Positions 11,499-21,802 of a stretch of DNA of 59,480 nt are shown piece by piece. A model generated the notes under the pieces. It saw nothing but the letters and a program-made list of their open reading frames with translations, was not told where the DNA came from and did no database searches. Source of the stretch: an uncultured Desulfobacterales bacterium (GTDB lineage Bacteria; Desulfobacterota; DSM-4660; Desulfatiglandales; HGW-15); the NCBI GenBank assembly GCA_964591925.1, contig CAZQCK010000001.1:1-59480 (forward strand), written 5' to 3'. A program made the position numbers and the translations under genes. Numbering within the stretch: the stretch's first letter is position 1; each line of letters opens with the position of its first letter.

Positions 11499-12272
11499 TC
11501 ATCGCAGGATACCCCGCTTGGAATCCTGCAGAAATTCCAGAAGGAGCTCCAGTTCCGGTGTGGAACGAATGCTTCGACGAACCTCTGCCACACCTTCACG
11601 AAAACTGCGATGCTCCCTCCAGATGATCCTATAGGCCGCCTTGAGTTCGTCCACGACCTCCGCCGCGAACCCCAACCGATGCAAACCGCGTCGATTGACG
11701 CCGTAAAGCTTGGCCCTGGGGCCCGCCGTGATCATATAAGGGGGCACGTCCCGGTCGATGCCGGATTTGGCTCCAAGAAAGGCATATGCGCCGATGCGGA
11801 CGAACTGATGGACCGCCACCAGTCCACCCAGTATGGCGTGATCGCCCACCTCGATGTGCCCGCCCAGCGTAGCGACATTGGACATGATGATGCGATTGCC
11901 CAGCCGGCAATCGTGGGCGATGTGCGCGTAGGCCATGATGTAGTTGTGGTTTCCGATCTCGGTACACCAGTCCTGCTTGGTCGTGGCCCGATTGATGGTG
12001 GTGTACTCCCGGATGACGTTGTTGTCCCCGATGACGACTCTCGTGTCTTCGCCCTGGTATCCGACATCCTGCGGAGGGGAGCCGATGGAAGCGAAAGGAG
12101 AGATCCGGTTTTCCCGGCCGATTCGGGTGTTCCCCTCGATTATCACATGGGAGCCGACGAGGGTGCCTGTGCCGATTTTGACGCTTTCCCCTATGCAGGT
12201 GAAAGGTCCGATTCGAACGCCGGCGGCCAGCTCGGCCCCTGGGCTGACCACCGCCGTGGGATGAATGTCCAT
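11499..12272 (-). CDS. lpxA: Acyl-ACP--UDP-N-acetylglucosamine O-acyltransferase
   Basis: Internal ATG 12272 (MDIHPTAVVSPGAEL...) with hexapeptide repeats; 257 aa. Confidence 0.9.
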   Translation of the reverse strand: MDIHPTAVVSPGAELAAGVRIGPFTCIGESVKIGTGTLVGSHVIIEGNTRIGRENRISPFASIGSPPQDVGYQGEDTRVVIGDNNVIREYTTINRATTKQDWCTEIGNHNYIMAYAHIAHDCRLGNRIIMSNVATLGGHIEVGDHAILGGLVAVHQFVRIGAYAFLGAKSGIDRDVPPYMITAGPRAKLYGVNRRGLHRLGFAAEVVDELKAAYRIIWREHRSFREGVAEVRRSIRSTPELELLLEFLQDSKRGILR

Positions 12273-12357
12273 GCTCTCCTCTTTCTTTTCCCCAGTGCCT
12301 CTCTTGTTAAAAACGCCCGCATCCATGCGATCCTTCCCGGGCCTCATTCACAAAGCC

Positions 12358-12807
12358 TCAACCCACTTGAGCAACCAATTGGGCCTCTGCTGCAATTTCG
12401 TCTCCCACCATGGCCTTACCCTGGACCTTCCATACCCTGGACCCCTTGCGTAGTGCCGTGATCTCATAAAGGAGCTGATCACCGGGGATCACCGGTCTTC
12501 GAAATTTCACCTTGTCGATGGCCATGAAAAACGTGGCGTCCCCCGGTTCCGTCTTCGTGGTTTCCATGACGGACAACCTCCCGAGCACACCACCGGTTTG
12601 AGCCATCCCTTCAACAATCAACACGCCCGGCATGATGGGCTCCATGGGAAAATGCCCTTGGAAAAAAGGCTCGTTGACGGTAACACACTTCAGCCCCACA
12701 ATCCGTTCCCCCACTTCCAGTTCGATAATGCGATCCACCAGCAAAAAGGGGTACCGATGAGGCAGAATTTTCTTGATATCCTCCACTAAAAGCGGCAACT
12801 CCACCAT
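12358..12807 (-). CDS. fabZ: 3-hydroxyacyl-ACP dehydratase
   Basis: ILPHRYPFLLVDRI and FFQGHFP motifs. Start at ATG 12807. Confidence 0.92.
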   Translation of the reverse strand: MVELPLLVEDIKKILPHRYPFLLVDRIIELEVGERIVGLKCVTVNEPFFQGHFPMEPIMPGVLIVEGMAQTGGVLGRLSVMETTKTEPGDATFFMAIDKVKFRRPVIPGDQLLYEITALRKGSRVWKVQGKAMVGDEIAAEAQLVAQVG

Positions 12808-12870
12808 CCTTGCACCCCCGTTCTTGCTCGACGGAACACCTGAATAGAGGCACCCGCCCCTCATTCGCGT

Positions 12871-13914
12871 TTATCCGTCCAGGCGTCGCACCAAGGTTTC
12901 CACCTTTTTTTCCAAACTACGGACCCGTTCATGCAGTACGGGCAGCCGGGTCAGAAGCCGGCTCGTCTTCAGCCAAAGCCGATGCGGGATCGCGGGCGTC
13001 CCGGAAACCACGTCACCGGATTCGACCGATTGGGCCACCCCCGACTGGGAGCCGATCATGGCCCGGTCCCCCACCTTCACGTGATCCCCTATGCCCACCT
13101 GCCCCCCGACTAACACGCATTCGCCGATCTCCGCACTGCCCGACACTCCGGTCTGAGCAACGATCAGGGTGTCCTGCCCGATCACCACATTGTGGGCGAT
13201 TTGGACCAGGTTGTCCGTCTTTACTCCCTGCTCGATTCGAGTCGTTCCCAGGGCGCCCCGGTCAATGGTGCAGTTCGCCCCGATCTCCACATGATCCTCG
13301 ATGCGCACGGATCCGATCTGCGGAATCTTCACGTTGGTCCGGCCGTCCTTCAGGAAACCGAAGCCGTCGGAGCCGATCACCGTGCCGGCATGAAGCACCA
13401 CCTCTCTGCCCACAGAGCAGTCGTGAAGGATGGAAACATTGGGGTACACCACAGTGCCCTCGCCGATGCGAGCCCGGTCCCCCACGAACACGCCCGGATA
13501 CAGGACCACACGGTCCTCTATGATCACATCCTCGCCTACATACACGCACGGATGAACCGTAACGTACCGTCCGATACGGCTGCTCCCGTGTATGAACGAC
13601 TGCTCGTGAATTCCCTCGAAGCCGGAAGGACGTGAAGCGAACATCCTTGCCGTCCGCGCATAGGCCAGGTCCGGTCGATCCACCACGAGTTGGTGACCCG
13701 AAAAAGAGGTCAACTCCTTGCCGGTGATCAATGCCCCCGCCTGTGTGGTTTCCAGCAGGCCCCGGTAGCGGCGGTCCGTGAAAATGGAGACCTGATCCTC
13801 CGTCGCCTCCTCGAGGGATCGAATACCTGTCACCCTAAAGGACCCGTCGCCTACGACCCGGCCGCCCACGCGCTCCGCGATCTCCTCGAGCGAATATGCC
13901 GATGATCTTTCCAT
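12871..13914 (-). CDS. lpxD: UDP-3-O-acylglucosamine N-acyltransferase
   Basis: 347 aa with a hexapeptide-repeat left-handed beta-helix core and an LpxD-type N-terminus. Confidence 0.9.
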   Translation of the reverse strand: MERSSAYSLEEIAERVGGRVVGDGSFRVTGIRSLEEATEDQVSIFTDRRYRGLLETTQAGALITGKELTSFSGHQLVVDRPDLAYARTARMFASRPSGFEGIHEQSFIHGSSRIGRYVTVHPCVYVGEDVIIEDRVVLYPGVFVGDRARIGEGTVVYPNVSILHDCSVGREVVLHAGTVIGSDGFGFLKDGRTNVKIPQIGSVRIEDHVEIGANCTIDRGALGTTRIEQGVKTDNLVQIAHNVVIGQDTLIVAQTGVSGSAEIGECVLVGGQVGIGDHVKVGDRAMIGSQSGVAQSVESGDVVSGTPAIPHRLWLKTSRLLTRLPVLHERVRSLEKKVETLVRRLDG

Positions 13915-13945
13915 TCAAACCTGAGGCGGGCCGCAAGCAGGGCGG

Positions 13946-14470
13946 CTATTGGTTTGCGCGGTCGTAGGCCTGAATGACCCGGTCGGTGATGTTGATGGAA
14001 TCGTCCACGTAAACCATCCCGGGGGAGTTCCCTTCCAGGATCAGGGTGAACCCTTCTTTTTCCGCAATATCGTTCACGACGCCTTCCAGTTCCTCCAAAA
14101 CGCGGCGGGTGGCGTCCCTCTCAGCGTTTTTCATCTGCTCCGAAAGATCTTCATAAAGATACTTGTAATAACGCCTTTTCTTTTCCAGCTCATTCCGCTT
14201 GTCATCTCTCGCACCGAGGCTCAGCATCATGCTCTGTTTTTGAAAATCCTCCTCCAGCTCCATCAAGGCCTCTTTCTCTTGTTGAAGCTTTTTCTGCAGC
14301 GCATCGAACTTGCCCCTCAGTTGCTCCCGGATCTTTTGAAAGGTCACGGATTTTTCCTGAAATTCCTTTACATCCACCACACCGACTTTAAGCTCAGCCG
14401 CGGCAACAGGGCCGACCAGCAAAACAAACAATGCCAGCGGTAACAGGATGGTTTTGATCAAGCGTGTCAT
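13946..14470 (-). CDS. skp: Periplasmic chaperone OmpH/Skp
   Basis: ATG 14470 gives a signal peptide (MTRLIKTILLPLALFVLLVGPVAAAE) followed by a charged coiled-coil region. Sits between bamA and lpxD. Confidence 0.85.
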   Translation of the reverse strand: MTRLIKTILLPLALFVLLVGPVAAAELKVGVVDVKEFQEKSVTFQKIREQLRGKFDALQKKLQQEKEALMELEEDFQKQSMMLSLGARDDKRNELEKKRRYYKYLYEDLSEQMKNAERDATRRVLEELEGVVNDIAEKEGFTLILEGNSPGMVYVDDSINITDRVIQAYDRANQ

Positions 14471-14571
14471 AATACCTCCTTCTGAATGCATCAATCTGAA
14501 TGAATTTACAAAACATCGCTCAAGGGCGATCTCGCAAAAAGTCAAAACTATCGTGATCACCCCATCCCGGC

Positions 14572-17262
14572 CTAAAACGTACCTCCGATGCTGAACTCCA
14601 GGTTGCCCGACGGCTCATCATACATGGGGTCCAGGTTCCATCCGTACTCCACTCGAAGAGGCCCGAACGGAGAGTACCAGCGGACACCCAGACCCGCGGA
14701 CTTACGAATTCCGTCAAGGCTGTAGCCCTCATCCTCGGCAAAGACATTCCCGGCGTCAAAGAAGGCCACACCAACGACCCCTTGCTCCTGAAGAAGAGGA
14801 AACCGGAGCTCTACGGTGTAGGCCATCATCTTCTCGCCGCCGATCCGATCCCCTGTAGCCGGGTCCCTCGGCGAAATGGTCGCATATTCGAACCCGCGCA
14901 CCGAATCAAGGCCCCCGAGGTAAAACTTCTCATAAAGCGGCAGCCTTCCCTCCTCCTGCGCTTTGACGTACCCCAACTGGCCCCGGAGGACATAGACGAT
15001 ATCCCAGAGGACTGGAAAATACCACGTGGAAGAGGCCTCGATCTTTCCGAATGCGGAATCCCCCCCGAGAAAATCGCCTGCATGCTCATAGGTGATGTAA
15101 CTGTAAGACCCCGTGGTGGTGAGAAACGGGCGATCCCTGGAGTCGCGCTGCAGGCCCAGGGTGATGCTGCTCTTGACATTCCTTCCTTCCATGTCCTGGA
15201 TCACGGTCGCGGCATTCGAATCAATGTCCGTGACATCCGCGACGTCGTATATGTACCGAACACTCCCCCTGGTGTACTCCTCGTCAATGCCGATGGGAAA
15301 ACGAAATCGCAGGGCGCCGCCCAGGCTGTCCTTGGTGTATTCCCAGTATTCCCTTTCCCACTTGTAGAGGTCAAAGCCGGCCGCAACGGGTTTTCCCATA
15401 AACCAGGGCTCGGTGAACCGAATGTCGAACTGCTGGGAGCGTGAACCGATTCTCGCGGCAAGCTTCAGCTGCTGGCCGTACCCGAAGAGGTTCTCCTCGG
15501 CGACCTGGACCGAGCCCATGGTCTTGTCAAAGGAGCTGTAACCGGCGCCCAGGCTGAAAGAGCCGGTGGGCCGCTCTTCCACTTTGACGTTCACAACCAT
15601 TTGCTCTTCACTGGCGCCCTTCTCGGTCTGGACTTCAACCTCTTCGAAAAACCCGAGCCGGTGCAGGTTCTGGGTCCCCTTCCGGAGCGCCTCGTGGCTG
15701 TAAGTATTACCCTCGACAGCCTCGAGTTCGCGACGAATCACCTTGTCCCGGGTAGTTTCGTTGCCGATGATGTTGACCCGCTCGAACCGGACCTTGACAC
15801 CTTTGGACACCTGGTAGGTGATGTCCACGGTCCGAGTCTCTTCGTCCTCCACGACTTTGGGGTCCACATCGGCGTAGGCGTAGCCTTCATTGGCGTAAAG
15901 CTCCTGAAGGGCCTGAGCATCCCTTCTCACGACTTCCCGGCTGAAGTACTCCTCTGCCTGAATCCGCAGCTTGTCCAGCAGTTCTTCCCGGTCCAGAATC
16001 AAATCTCCCTCCACGGTCACGTTATCTACGCCGTATTGGGGTCCCTCGATGATCTCGATGGTGATGGTGAGACCGTCGCCCTCTTTGTAGGTGATCTTGG
16101 GCTCCCCGGTCTTGGCCTTGATGTATCCGTGGTTATGGTAGAAAGAAGAAATCTTGTGCAAATCGTACTCGATCATCTTGCTGTCCAGGCGGCCCGACTT
16201 GGTAAACCACGAAAAAAAGCCCTTTTCCCTGGTTTCCATGAGACCTTTGAGGTCGCCGTCGTCAAACGCCTGGTTACCCTCGAACTCGATGTGGGTTACA
16301 TAAACCTTCTCGCCCTCTTTGATATCGTAGGCCAGGGAAACCTCGTTCCCTGCAAGCTCTTTGATCTCCTCCTCCACACGAATGTTGTAGAATCCCTCCT
16401 GGCGGTAAAACTCCCGAAGCCGAGTGACACTCTGGGTGACCTCGCTTCGGTTCAAGATAGCGTATCGCTTGATTCCGATCTCTTCCATCAACTCGTCGTC
16501 ATCGAACTTGTCATTGCCGCGGAATACAATGTTTCCAATGGAGGGTTTTTCTTTCACACTGAAGGTCACCACTTTGCCCTCTGCACCGTCCTCCACATTG
16601 ATGGTCACGTCGGTGAAGTAGCCCATCTTGTAGACGGATCGAAGGTCCTGATCCAGTACGTCCTGGTCCAGCTTGTCACCCTCTCGGCTGCTGATGACGG
16701 CACGAATGGCCTCCTTCTCGATGCGCTTATTCCCTTGGACCTCTATGGCGTCGATCTGAACCACGCCTGCGACCTGGTTGTACACCCCCTCGGCAACACG
16801 CTCCGCAGCACTCGACAGGCGTTCCATGTCGTCTTCCACAATAAACACCGAGAACGCCGGTCTTTCTTCTGAAACATCCACCCCCTTGATATCCAGGCTG
16901 ATCTTCCGGCCCACCTGGGTGATGCTGCCGGATACAATCCAACGAGCCTCCACGTCACGACCGATGGTTCGAAGGTCCCGGACCTCGAATAGGGGAAGGT
17001 AGGCCATGGGATGCTGATTCATCTCTTCTGCGGGAACGACGTCGAAACCCTTTGCCGCCAGGCGATTGATGACCATCTCCTGGAGCCCTTCTCGAAGATG
17101 ATCCATCGGTTTGAGGGCGTGGACCCGGAAGGGCAGGACCCCTGCTCGAGGAAGGGTTTCCCCCGTGGACGATCCGGGACTGATTACGCCGAACAGGAAA
17201 AACACCACAAAAATCAACGCAATCATGTTGAGGGCCCCTGATGGTCTGAGTCTGCCGGTCAT
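14572..17262 (-). CDS. bamA: Outer membrane protein assembly factor BamA, with an extra N-terminal domain
   Basis: 896 aa with POTRA repeats and a C-terminal beta-barrel ending in F. About 130 extra residues lie between the signal peptide and POTRA1. Confidence 0.92.
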   Translation of the reverse strand: MTGRLRPSGALNMIALIFVVFFLFGVISPGSSTGETLPRAGVLPFRVHALKPMDHLREGLQEMVINRLAAKGFDVVPAEEMNQHPMAYLPLFEVRDLRTIGRDVEARWIVSGSITQVGRKISLDIKGVDVSEERPAFSVFIVEDDMERLSSAAERVAEGVYNQVAGVVQIDAIEVQGNKRIEKEAIRAVISSREGDKLDQDVLDQDLRSVYKMGYFTDVTINVEDGAEGKVVTFSVKEKPSIGNIVFRGNDKFDDDELMEEIGIKRYAILNRSEVTQSVTRLREFYRQEGFYNIRVEEEIKELAGNEVSLAYDIKEGEKVYVTHIEFEGNQAFDDGDLKGLMETREKGFFSWFTKSGRLDSKMIEYDLHKISSFYHNHGYIKAKTGEPKITYKEGDGLTITIEIIEGPQYGVDNVTVEGDLILDREELLDKLRIQAEEYFSREVVRRDAQALQELYANEGYAYADVDPKVVEDEETRTVDITYQVSKGVKVRFERVNIIGNETTRDKVIRRELEAVEGNTYSHEALRKGTQNLHRLGFFEEVEVQTEKGASEEQMVVNVKVEERPTGSFSLGAGYSSFDKTMGSVQVAEENLFGYGQQLKLAARIGSRSQQFDIRFTEPWFMGKPVAAGFDLYKWEREYWEYTKDSLGGALRFRFPIGIDEEYTRGSVRYIYDVADVTDIDSNAATVIQDMEGRNVKSSITLGLQRDSRDRPFLTTTGSYSYITYEHAGDFLGGDSAFGKIEASSTWYFPVLWDIVYVLRGQLGYVKAQEEGRLPLYEKFYLGGLDSVRGFEYATISPRDPATGDRIGGEKMMAYTVELRFPLLQEQGVVGVAFFDAGNVFAEDEGYSLDGIRKSAGLGVRWYSPFGPLRVEYGWNLDPMYDEPSGNLEFSIGGTF

Positions 17263-17271
17263 TTGGCTCCC

Positions 17272-17943
17272 CTATTCCTGAGGTTGGATTCGGCCATCCA
17301 CAATCTCCATTCTGCGGGAAAGCCTGCCCGCCAGAGGCTCGTTGTGGGTCGCGATTACCATGGCCAGTTCCTCTTCGCGATTCAACCAAAGAAGGAGGTC
17401 TACGATTTCTTCCCCTGTCACTCGATCCAGGTTTCCTGTGGGCTCATCGGCCAGCAGCAGCTTGGGCTTCATGATCAAGGCCCTGGCAATGGCCACCCGT
17501 TGTTGCTCTCCGCCGGACAGCTCCCCTATGCGGTGCTTCATTCGATGCTCGAGCCCCACCTTCTTGAGAATGCCTTCGGCCTCCTGCAATGCATCCTTCC
17601 TGGGCATCCGTGCAATGAGTGCAGGCATGATAGTGTTCTCCAAGGCGTCGAACTCCAGCAGCAGGTGGTGAAACTGAAAGACAAAACCGATGTCGCGATT
17701 TCGAAGCCTGCAGAGGGAAGATTCGGGCAACTCCCCCACGACCCGGTCCTCGAACAAGATCCTGCCGGTGGTAGGCGGCTCCAGGGTGCCCATGACATTG
17801 AGGAGGGTGGACTTGCCCACTCCGGAAGCCCCCAGAAGGGCCAAGGTGTCACCCGGCCTCACAGAGAGATCGACTTCACGAAGCACATTAATGATGTTGC
17901 CGTTGTGCGCAAATGACTTGTGTATGTTTTCGAGTACAAGCAC
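17272..17943 (-). CDS. lolD: Lipoprotein-releasing ABC transporter, ATP-binding subunit
   Basis: Walker A GASGVGKSTLLN and signature LSGGEQQRVAIARAL. GTG start. Confidence 0.88.
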   Translation of the reverse strand: MLVLENIHKSFAHNGNIINVLREVDLSVRPGDTLALLGASGVGKSTLLNVMGTLEPPTTGRILFEDRVVGELPESSLCRLRNRDIGFVFQFHHLLLEFDALENTIMPALIARMPRKDALQEAEGILKKVGLEHRMKHRIGELSGGEQQRVAIARALIMKPKLLLADEPTGNLDRVTGEEIVDLLLWLNREEELAMVIATHNEPLAGRLSRRMEIVDGRIQPQE

Positions 17944-17968
17944 CTAATCCTTGGAGCAACCTCGCTTC

Positions 17969-19195
17969 TCACTCGTAACGGAGGGCTTCGACCGGGTTGA
18001 GCCTCGCCGCGTAACTCGAGGGATAAATGGTGGCCAGAAACGATATCCCCACGGCGGCGAATGCGACAAAGGCCACATCCCAGGCCTCCACCCGCACGGG
18101 GAGCGTCGAGATATAATACACGTCGGCGGGCAAAGAGATAAACTTGTATTTGGACAGCAGGTGGCAGATTCCAAGCCCTGAAGCCAGACCCGCCAGCGTG
18201 CCTACCACTCCCACCAGCAGTCCCTGAAGCATGAACACCGCCATAATGCTCTTTGCCGTCGCCCCCATGGCCCTCAGGATCGCCATATCGCGGGTCTTTT
18301 CCATAACCACCATCACAAGCGTGCTTATGATGTTGAGTGCGCCCACGAGGACGATCATGGTCAAAATGACGAACATGGTGATCTTCTCGAGCTTGAGCGC
18401 CGCAAACAGGCTTCGATTCATGAGCTTCCAGTCCTTGGTCCAGAAAGGATAGCCGAGCTTCTTTTCCAGGACCGAGGCCACATGGTCGGACCGGTCCACA
18501 TCCTCCACCCGGACCTCGAGCCCGGTGACGCGGCCCTCCATGCCCAGAAAATCCTGAGCCTCGCTAAGGGACACATAAGCCAGCGACGCATCGTACTCGT
18601 ACATCCCCGAGTCGAGGAGGTCCACCACCCGGTACGTTCGGTTGTTGGGCGTACGCCCCAGGGGCGTCAGCTTTCCCTGGGGGGACAAGACGGAAACCGT
18701 GCTGCCGATCCGTGCGCCGGTCTGGCGCGCCAACTGCTTTCCCAGAATGATTCCCGGGCGTTCCTGCCCGTCCCGGACCAAGACATCCAACTCCTTGCCC
18801 TCCAGCATGGGCTCGATGCCGATAACCCCGGCTGCGGTCTCCGTATCCAGGCCCCGATACACTGCACCACTGACATTCCCGCCATGGTTCACCATGACCT
18901 GGCTGTAAATGAACGGGCTCGCCGCCACCACGCCCTTGGTTTCCGTTACCTTTTCCGCCGGCTCCCCGTAATCGGGGAACGCCCCGTCGTAGCTCATTAC
19001 CAAAAGGTGGGAGTTGACACCCAGAATCTTGGATAGGAGGTCCGCTCGGAAACCGTTCATTACGGAAAGGACGACCACGAGAGCCATAACGCCCACCATC
19101 ACTCCGGCCACGGATATAAGGGTGATGACCGAAATGAATGTCTGTTTCCGTTTCGCTTTCAGGTAACGGAGACCGAGAAAAAACTCAAAACCCAT
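17969..19195 (-). CDS. lolE: Lipoprotein-releasing system permease (LolC/LolE family)
   Basis: 408 aa with FtsX-like/MacB-like topology. N-terminus MGFEFFLGLRYLKAKRKQTFIS is typical of LolC/E. Confidence 0.88.
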   Translation of the reverse strand: MGFEFFLGLRYLKAKRKQTFISVITLISVAGVMVGVMALVVVLSVMNGFRADLLSKILGVNSHLLVMSYDGAFPDYGEPAEKVTETKGVVAASPFIYSQVMVNHGGNVSGAVYRGLDTETAAGVIGIEPMLEGKELDVLVRDGQERPGIILGKQLARQTGARIGSTVSVLSPQGKLTPLGRTPNNRTYRVVDLLDSGMYEYDASLAYVSLSEAQDFLGMEGRVTGLEVRVEDVDRSDHVASVLEKKLGYPFWTKDWKLMNRSLFAALKLEKITMFVILTMIVLVGALNIISTLVMVVMEKTRDMAILRAMGATAKSIMAVFMLQGLLVGVVGTLAGLASGLGICHLLSKYKFISLPADVYYISTLPVRVEAWDVAFVAFAAVGISFLATIYPSSYAARLNPVEALRYE

Positions 19196-19230
19196 TCGCG
19201 CCCTGCTCTTTCACCACGCCTGAGCGGTGA

Positions 19231-20715
19231 TCACTCGCCCTTGGTCCGCATGTGCGGGAAAAAAATCACGTCTCTAATAGAAGGAGAGTCCGTCAACAAC
19301 ATCACCACCCGGTCGACCCCGATCCCCTCTCCTCCTGTCGGAGCCAGGCCGTACTCCAGGGCCCTGATATAATCTTCGTCCATGAATTGCGCTTCCCTGT
19401 CCCCTGCCTCACGCAGGTCCACCTGCCGCTGGAATCGCTGCCGCTGGTCGTCGGGATCATTCAATTCCGTGAATCCGTTCGCGATCTCCTTGCCTCCGAT
19501 GAACAGCTCGAAGCGATCGGTGGTTGACGGGTCCTCGTCGTTCATCCTCGACAGGGGCGAGATCTCCGTAGGGTATCCTGTGACAAAGGTCGGGTTGATC
19601 AGCCTGGGTTCCACGAGGTGATCAAAGAGCTTGGTCATGATTTTTCCGAGCCCGTCCCGCCCGGAAACGGGGATCTCGAGCTCCTTTGCCAACCCGGCGG
19701 CGGCGGTCCGATCCTGGAGGACCCCTTGATCCACCTCGCCGATCTCGCGAAGCGCCTCCTTGAGTGGAATGCGCGGCCAGGGAGGTGTGAAATCGACGGC
19801 TTGCCCCTGATATTCCAGAACCGTGGAGCCCGGAAGGCCTGTGACGAGATCGAGAAACAGTTCCTCGCTCAATGCCATCATGTCCTCGTACGTGGCATAG
19901 GCCATATAGAACTCGAGCATGGTGAACTCGGGGTTGTGCTTCAGGTCCACGCCCTCGTTGCGAAAGTTCCGGTTGATTTCAAAGACCCGCTCGAGTCCAC
20001 CCACCACCAGCCGCTTGAGGTAAAGCTCAGGCGCCACTCGAAGATAGAGATCCATGCCGAGCGCGTTGTGATACGTCTTGAACGGTCTTGCGGTCGCACC
20101 CCCGGGTATCGGCTGCATCATGGGGGTCTCCACTTCCAGAAAATCCTTTCGAATGAAAAACTCGCGAATACGTTGCACGACCCGGCTACGCATGACAAAG
20201 ACCCTGCGGGCGTCGTCATTTACGATCAGGTCGACGTAACGCTGTCGATAACGGATCTCCTTGTCCGTCAGCCCATGCCACTTCTCCGGAAGGGGGCGAA
20301 GCGACTTGCTCAACAGTCGCACCTCATCCGCCAGCAAAGTCAATTCGTTTGTCCGCGTCCGAAAAAACGTCCCCTTAACCCCGACGATATCGCCGATGTC
20401 CATGAGCTTGAAGGCCTGAAAGGTCTTTTCGCCCACCTTGTCCTTTCGAATGTAGGCCTGGATGCGGCCCGACCGGTCCTTGATGTGCACGAAGGAAGCC
20501 TTGCCGAAATCCCGCCGGCTCAAGATCCGGCCGGCCATGCGGTGGGTTTCGTGATTCGCCTCCAGGGCCTCGCCTTCCAGAGCCCCGAAACGCTCAACGG
20601 CTTCGGCGGCGGTGATGTCCGGACGATAACCCGCCGGATACAACGTCACGCCCATGTCTTGCAGGCTCTGTGCCTTCCTGCGGCGCTCTTCTACAATCGG
20701 ATTGCTCGATTCCAT
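19231..20715 (-). CDS. lysS: Lysine--tRNA ligase (class II)
   Basis: 494 aa, LysS-like throughout (FVTGYPTEISPLSR, GGEGIGVDRVVMLLT). Confidence 0.93.
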   Translation of the reverse strand: MESSNPIVEERRRKAQSLQDMGVTLYPAGYRPDITAAEAVERFGALEGEALEANHETHRMAGRILSRRDFGKASFVHIKDRSGRIQAYIRKDKVGEKTFQAFKLMDIGDIVGVKGTFFRTRTNELTLLADEVRLLSKSLRPLPEKWHGLTDKEIRYRQRYVDLIVNDDARRVFVMRSRVVQRIREFFIRKDFLEVETPMMQPIPGGATARPFKTYHNALGMDLYLRVAPELYLKRLVVGGLERVFEINRNFRNEGVDLKHNPEFTMLEFYMAYATYEDMMALSEELFLDLVTGLPGSTVLEYQGQAVDFTPPWPRIPLKEALREIGEVDQGVLQDRTAAAGLAKELEIPVSGRDGLGKIMTKLFDHLVEPRLINPTFVTGYPTEISPLSRMNDEDPSTTDRFELFIGGKEIANGFTELNDPDDQRQRFQRQVDLREAGDREAQFMDEDYIRALEYGLAPTGGEGIGVDRVVMLLTDSPSIRDVIFFPHMRTKGE

Positions 20716-20858
20716 TCTACTCCGTTTTTCCGTTCCGGTTCCACCTCTGCAGCGAAGGGGATTTCCTAGTCATTTGCATAAGTTGAACATATCTTTTTAA
20801 TTCAATTGGATCGGATAGTCAAGGCCAAAAAAAAGGCCTTTTCCGGATGGGAATGAAC

Positions 20859-21080
20859 TCATCCCGAATAGTTCGAGATATCCTTCACATAAGCCTCGAA
20901 ATCCCTCTCCTGAAGGAACCTGGTTATCATCTCGCTCACCTTGTCAGCCGTATCCACATGATATACCCCTTTTTCATCGGAACCTGCCAGCTCCTTGGCG
21001 TTTTGAACAATCGTCTGAAGGGTTTCCGGGGTCAACTCCACATTGACTCTCAACAGAAGGGTCGGTCTCGCATCATTCAT
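20859..21080 (-). CDS. Hypothetical small protein (73 aa)
   Basis: ATG 21080 lies 9 nt after GGAGAG. Coding-like composition, and a candidate promoter sits upstream. No family recognised. Confidence 0.45.
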   Translation of the reverse strand: MNDARPTLLLRVNVELTPETLQTIVQNAKELAGSDEKGVYHVDTADKVSEMITRFLQERDFEAYVKDISNYSG

Positions 21081-21136
21081 GATATCACGCTCTCCAATCA
21101 GGTTCACGAAAGGCTCTCCACGCGCAATCGAAAGCC

Positions 21137-21165
21137 ATCCTACTCCCCGGCCCGGGGACTGTCAA
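21137..21165 (-). promoter_or_regulatory. Candidate sigma-70 promoter for the 73-aa ORF
   Basis: Minus strand reads TTGACA-N17-TAGGAT. Confidence 0.35.
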
Positions 21166-21314
21166 TCAAGCAAGAAACGTGGAAAAATCCATTGATTTTT
21201 AAAGCTTACCTATTCTATTATCATCGTGCGTCGTGTTGCAGCGTTTTCATGCTCGAGTCGGCCCCTACAATAACAACCATTTGATATATTTAAGTATTTG
21301 CCCTGCGCCGCAAT

Positions 21315-21332
21315 CTGAAACGCTCAATTCAG
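21315..21332 (-). promoter_or_regulatory. 18-nt recurrent motif, site a
   Basis: Plus strand is ctgaaacgctcaattcag; the reverse complement is CTGAATTGAGCGTTTCAG. It ends 23 nt before the ATG of the CGGC gene. Confidence 0.5.
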
Positions 21333-21355
21333 CAGCGTCATAGAAAGGATGGCAC

Positions 21356-21802
21356 ATGGAGAAGACAACGAAGATAGGAATAATCATCTGCGACCGCTAC
21401 CGCCGCTGTGCAGGCGGGAAGTGCCTCCGGGCCATGAGAAATAGGGAAGGTGCCTTCAGCATCTATGCAGAGGTTGAGGTGGAGATGGTGGGCTATACCA
21501 CCTGCGACGGCTGCCCTGGAGGCAACATTGAGTACGCGGGCGAGGAGATGGTCAAAAACGGCGCTCAGGTCATTCACCTGGCCACCGGACTGGTCGTCGG
21601 ATACCCTCCCTGCCCTTACATTGAAACCTTCAAGGCCTTTCTGGAGAAACGGTACGATGTCGAGGTGGTTGTGGGAACCCACCCGATTCCTAAAAAATAC
21701 CTGGACATGCACAGCCATCTGGGAACCTGGGCAAGCGACGAGTGGAAGCCTCTGACGGCTCCGACCCTGGCCGACGAAGCCACCCGTGCGAGCTATGACT
21801 AG
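21356..21802 (+). CDS. CGGC domain-containing protein
   Basis: 148 aa: IGIIICDRYRRCAGGKC...YTTCDGCPGG...GYPPCPY, the Cys pattern typical of CGGC-domain proteins. Confidence 0.8.
   Translation: MEKTTKIGIIICDRYRRCAGGKCLRAMRNREGAFSIYAEVEVEMVGYTTCDGCPGGNIEYAGEEMVKNGAQVIHLATGLVVGYPPCPYIETFKAFLEKRYDVEVVVGTHPIPKKYLDMHSHLGTWASDEWKPLTAPTLADEATRASYD

Noticed and set aside
20821-20840. aaggcc-aaaaaaaa-ggcctt hairpin as a terminator for the 73-aa ORF
   Set aside because: The T/A run sits in the loop rather than after the stem, and the stem is only 6 bp. It adjoins a family B-like fragment, so it is more likely repeat-derived.
21315-21332. The 18-nt motif as a Rex (redox-sensing repressor) operator
   Set aside because: As I recall them, Rex sites have TGTGAA and TTCACA half-sites separated by about 4 nt. 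Here the half-sites are CTGAA/TTCAG with 8 nt between them. The resemblance is limited to GAA...TTC.
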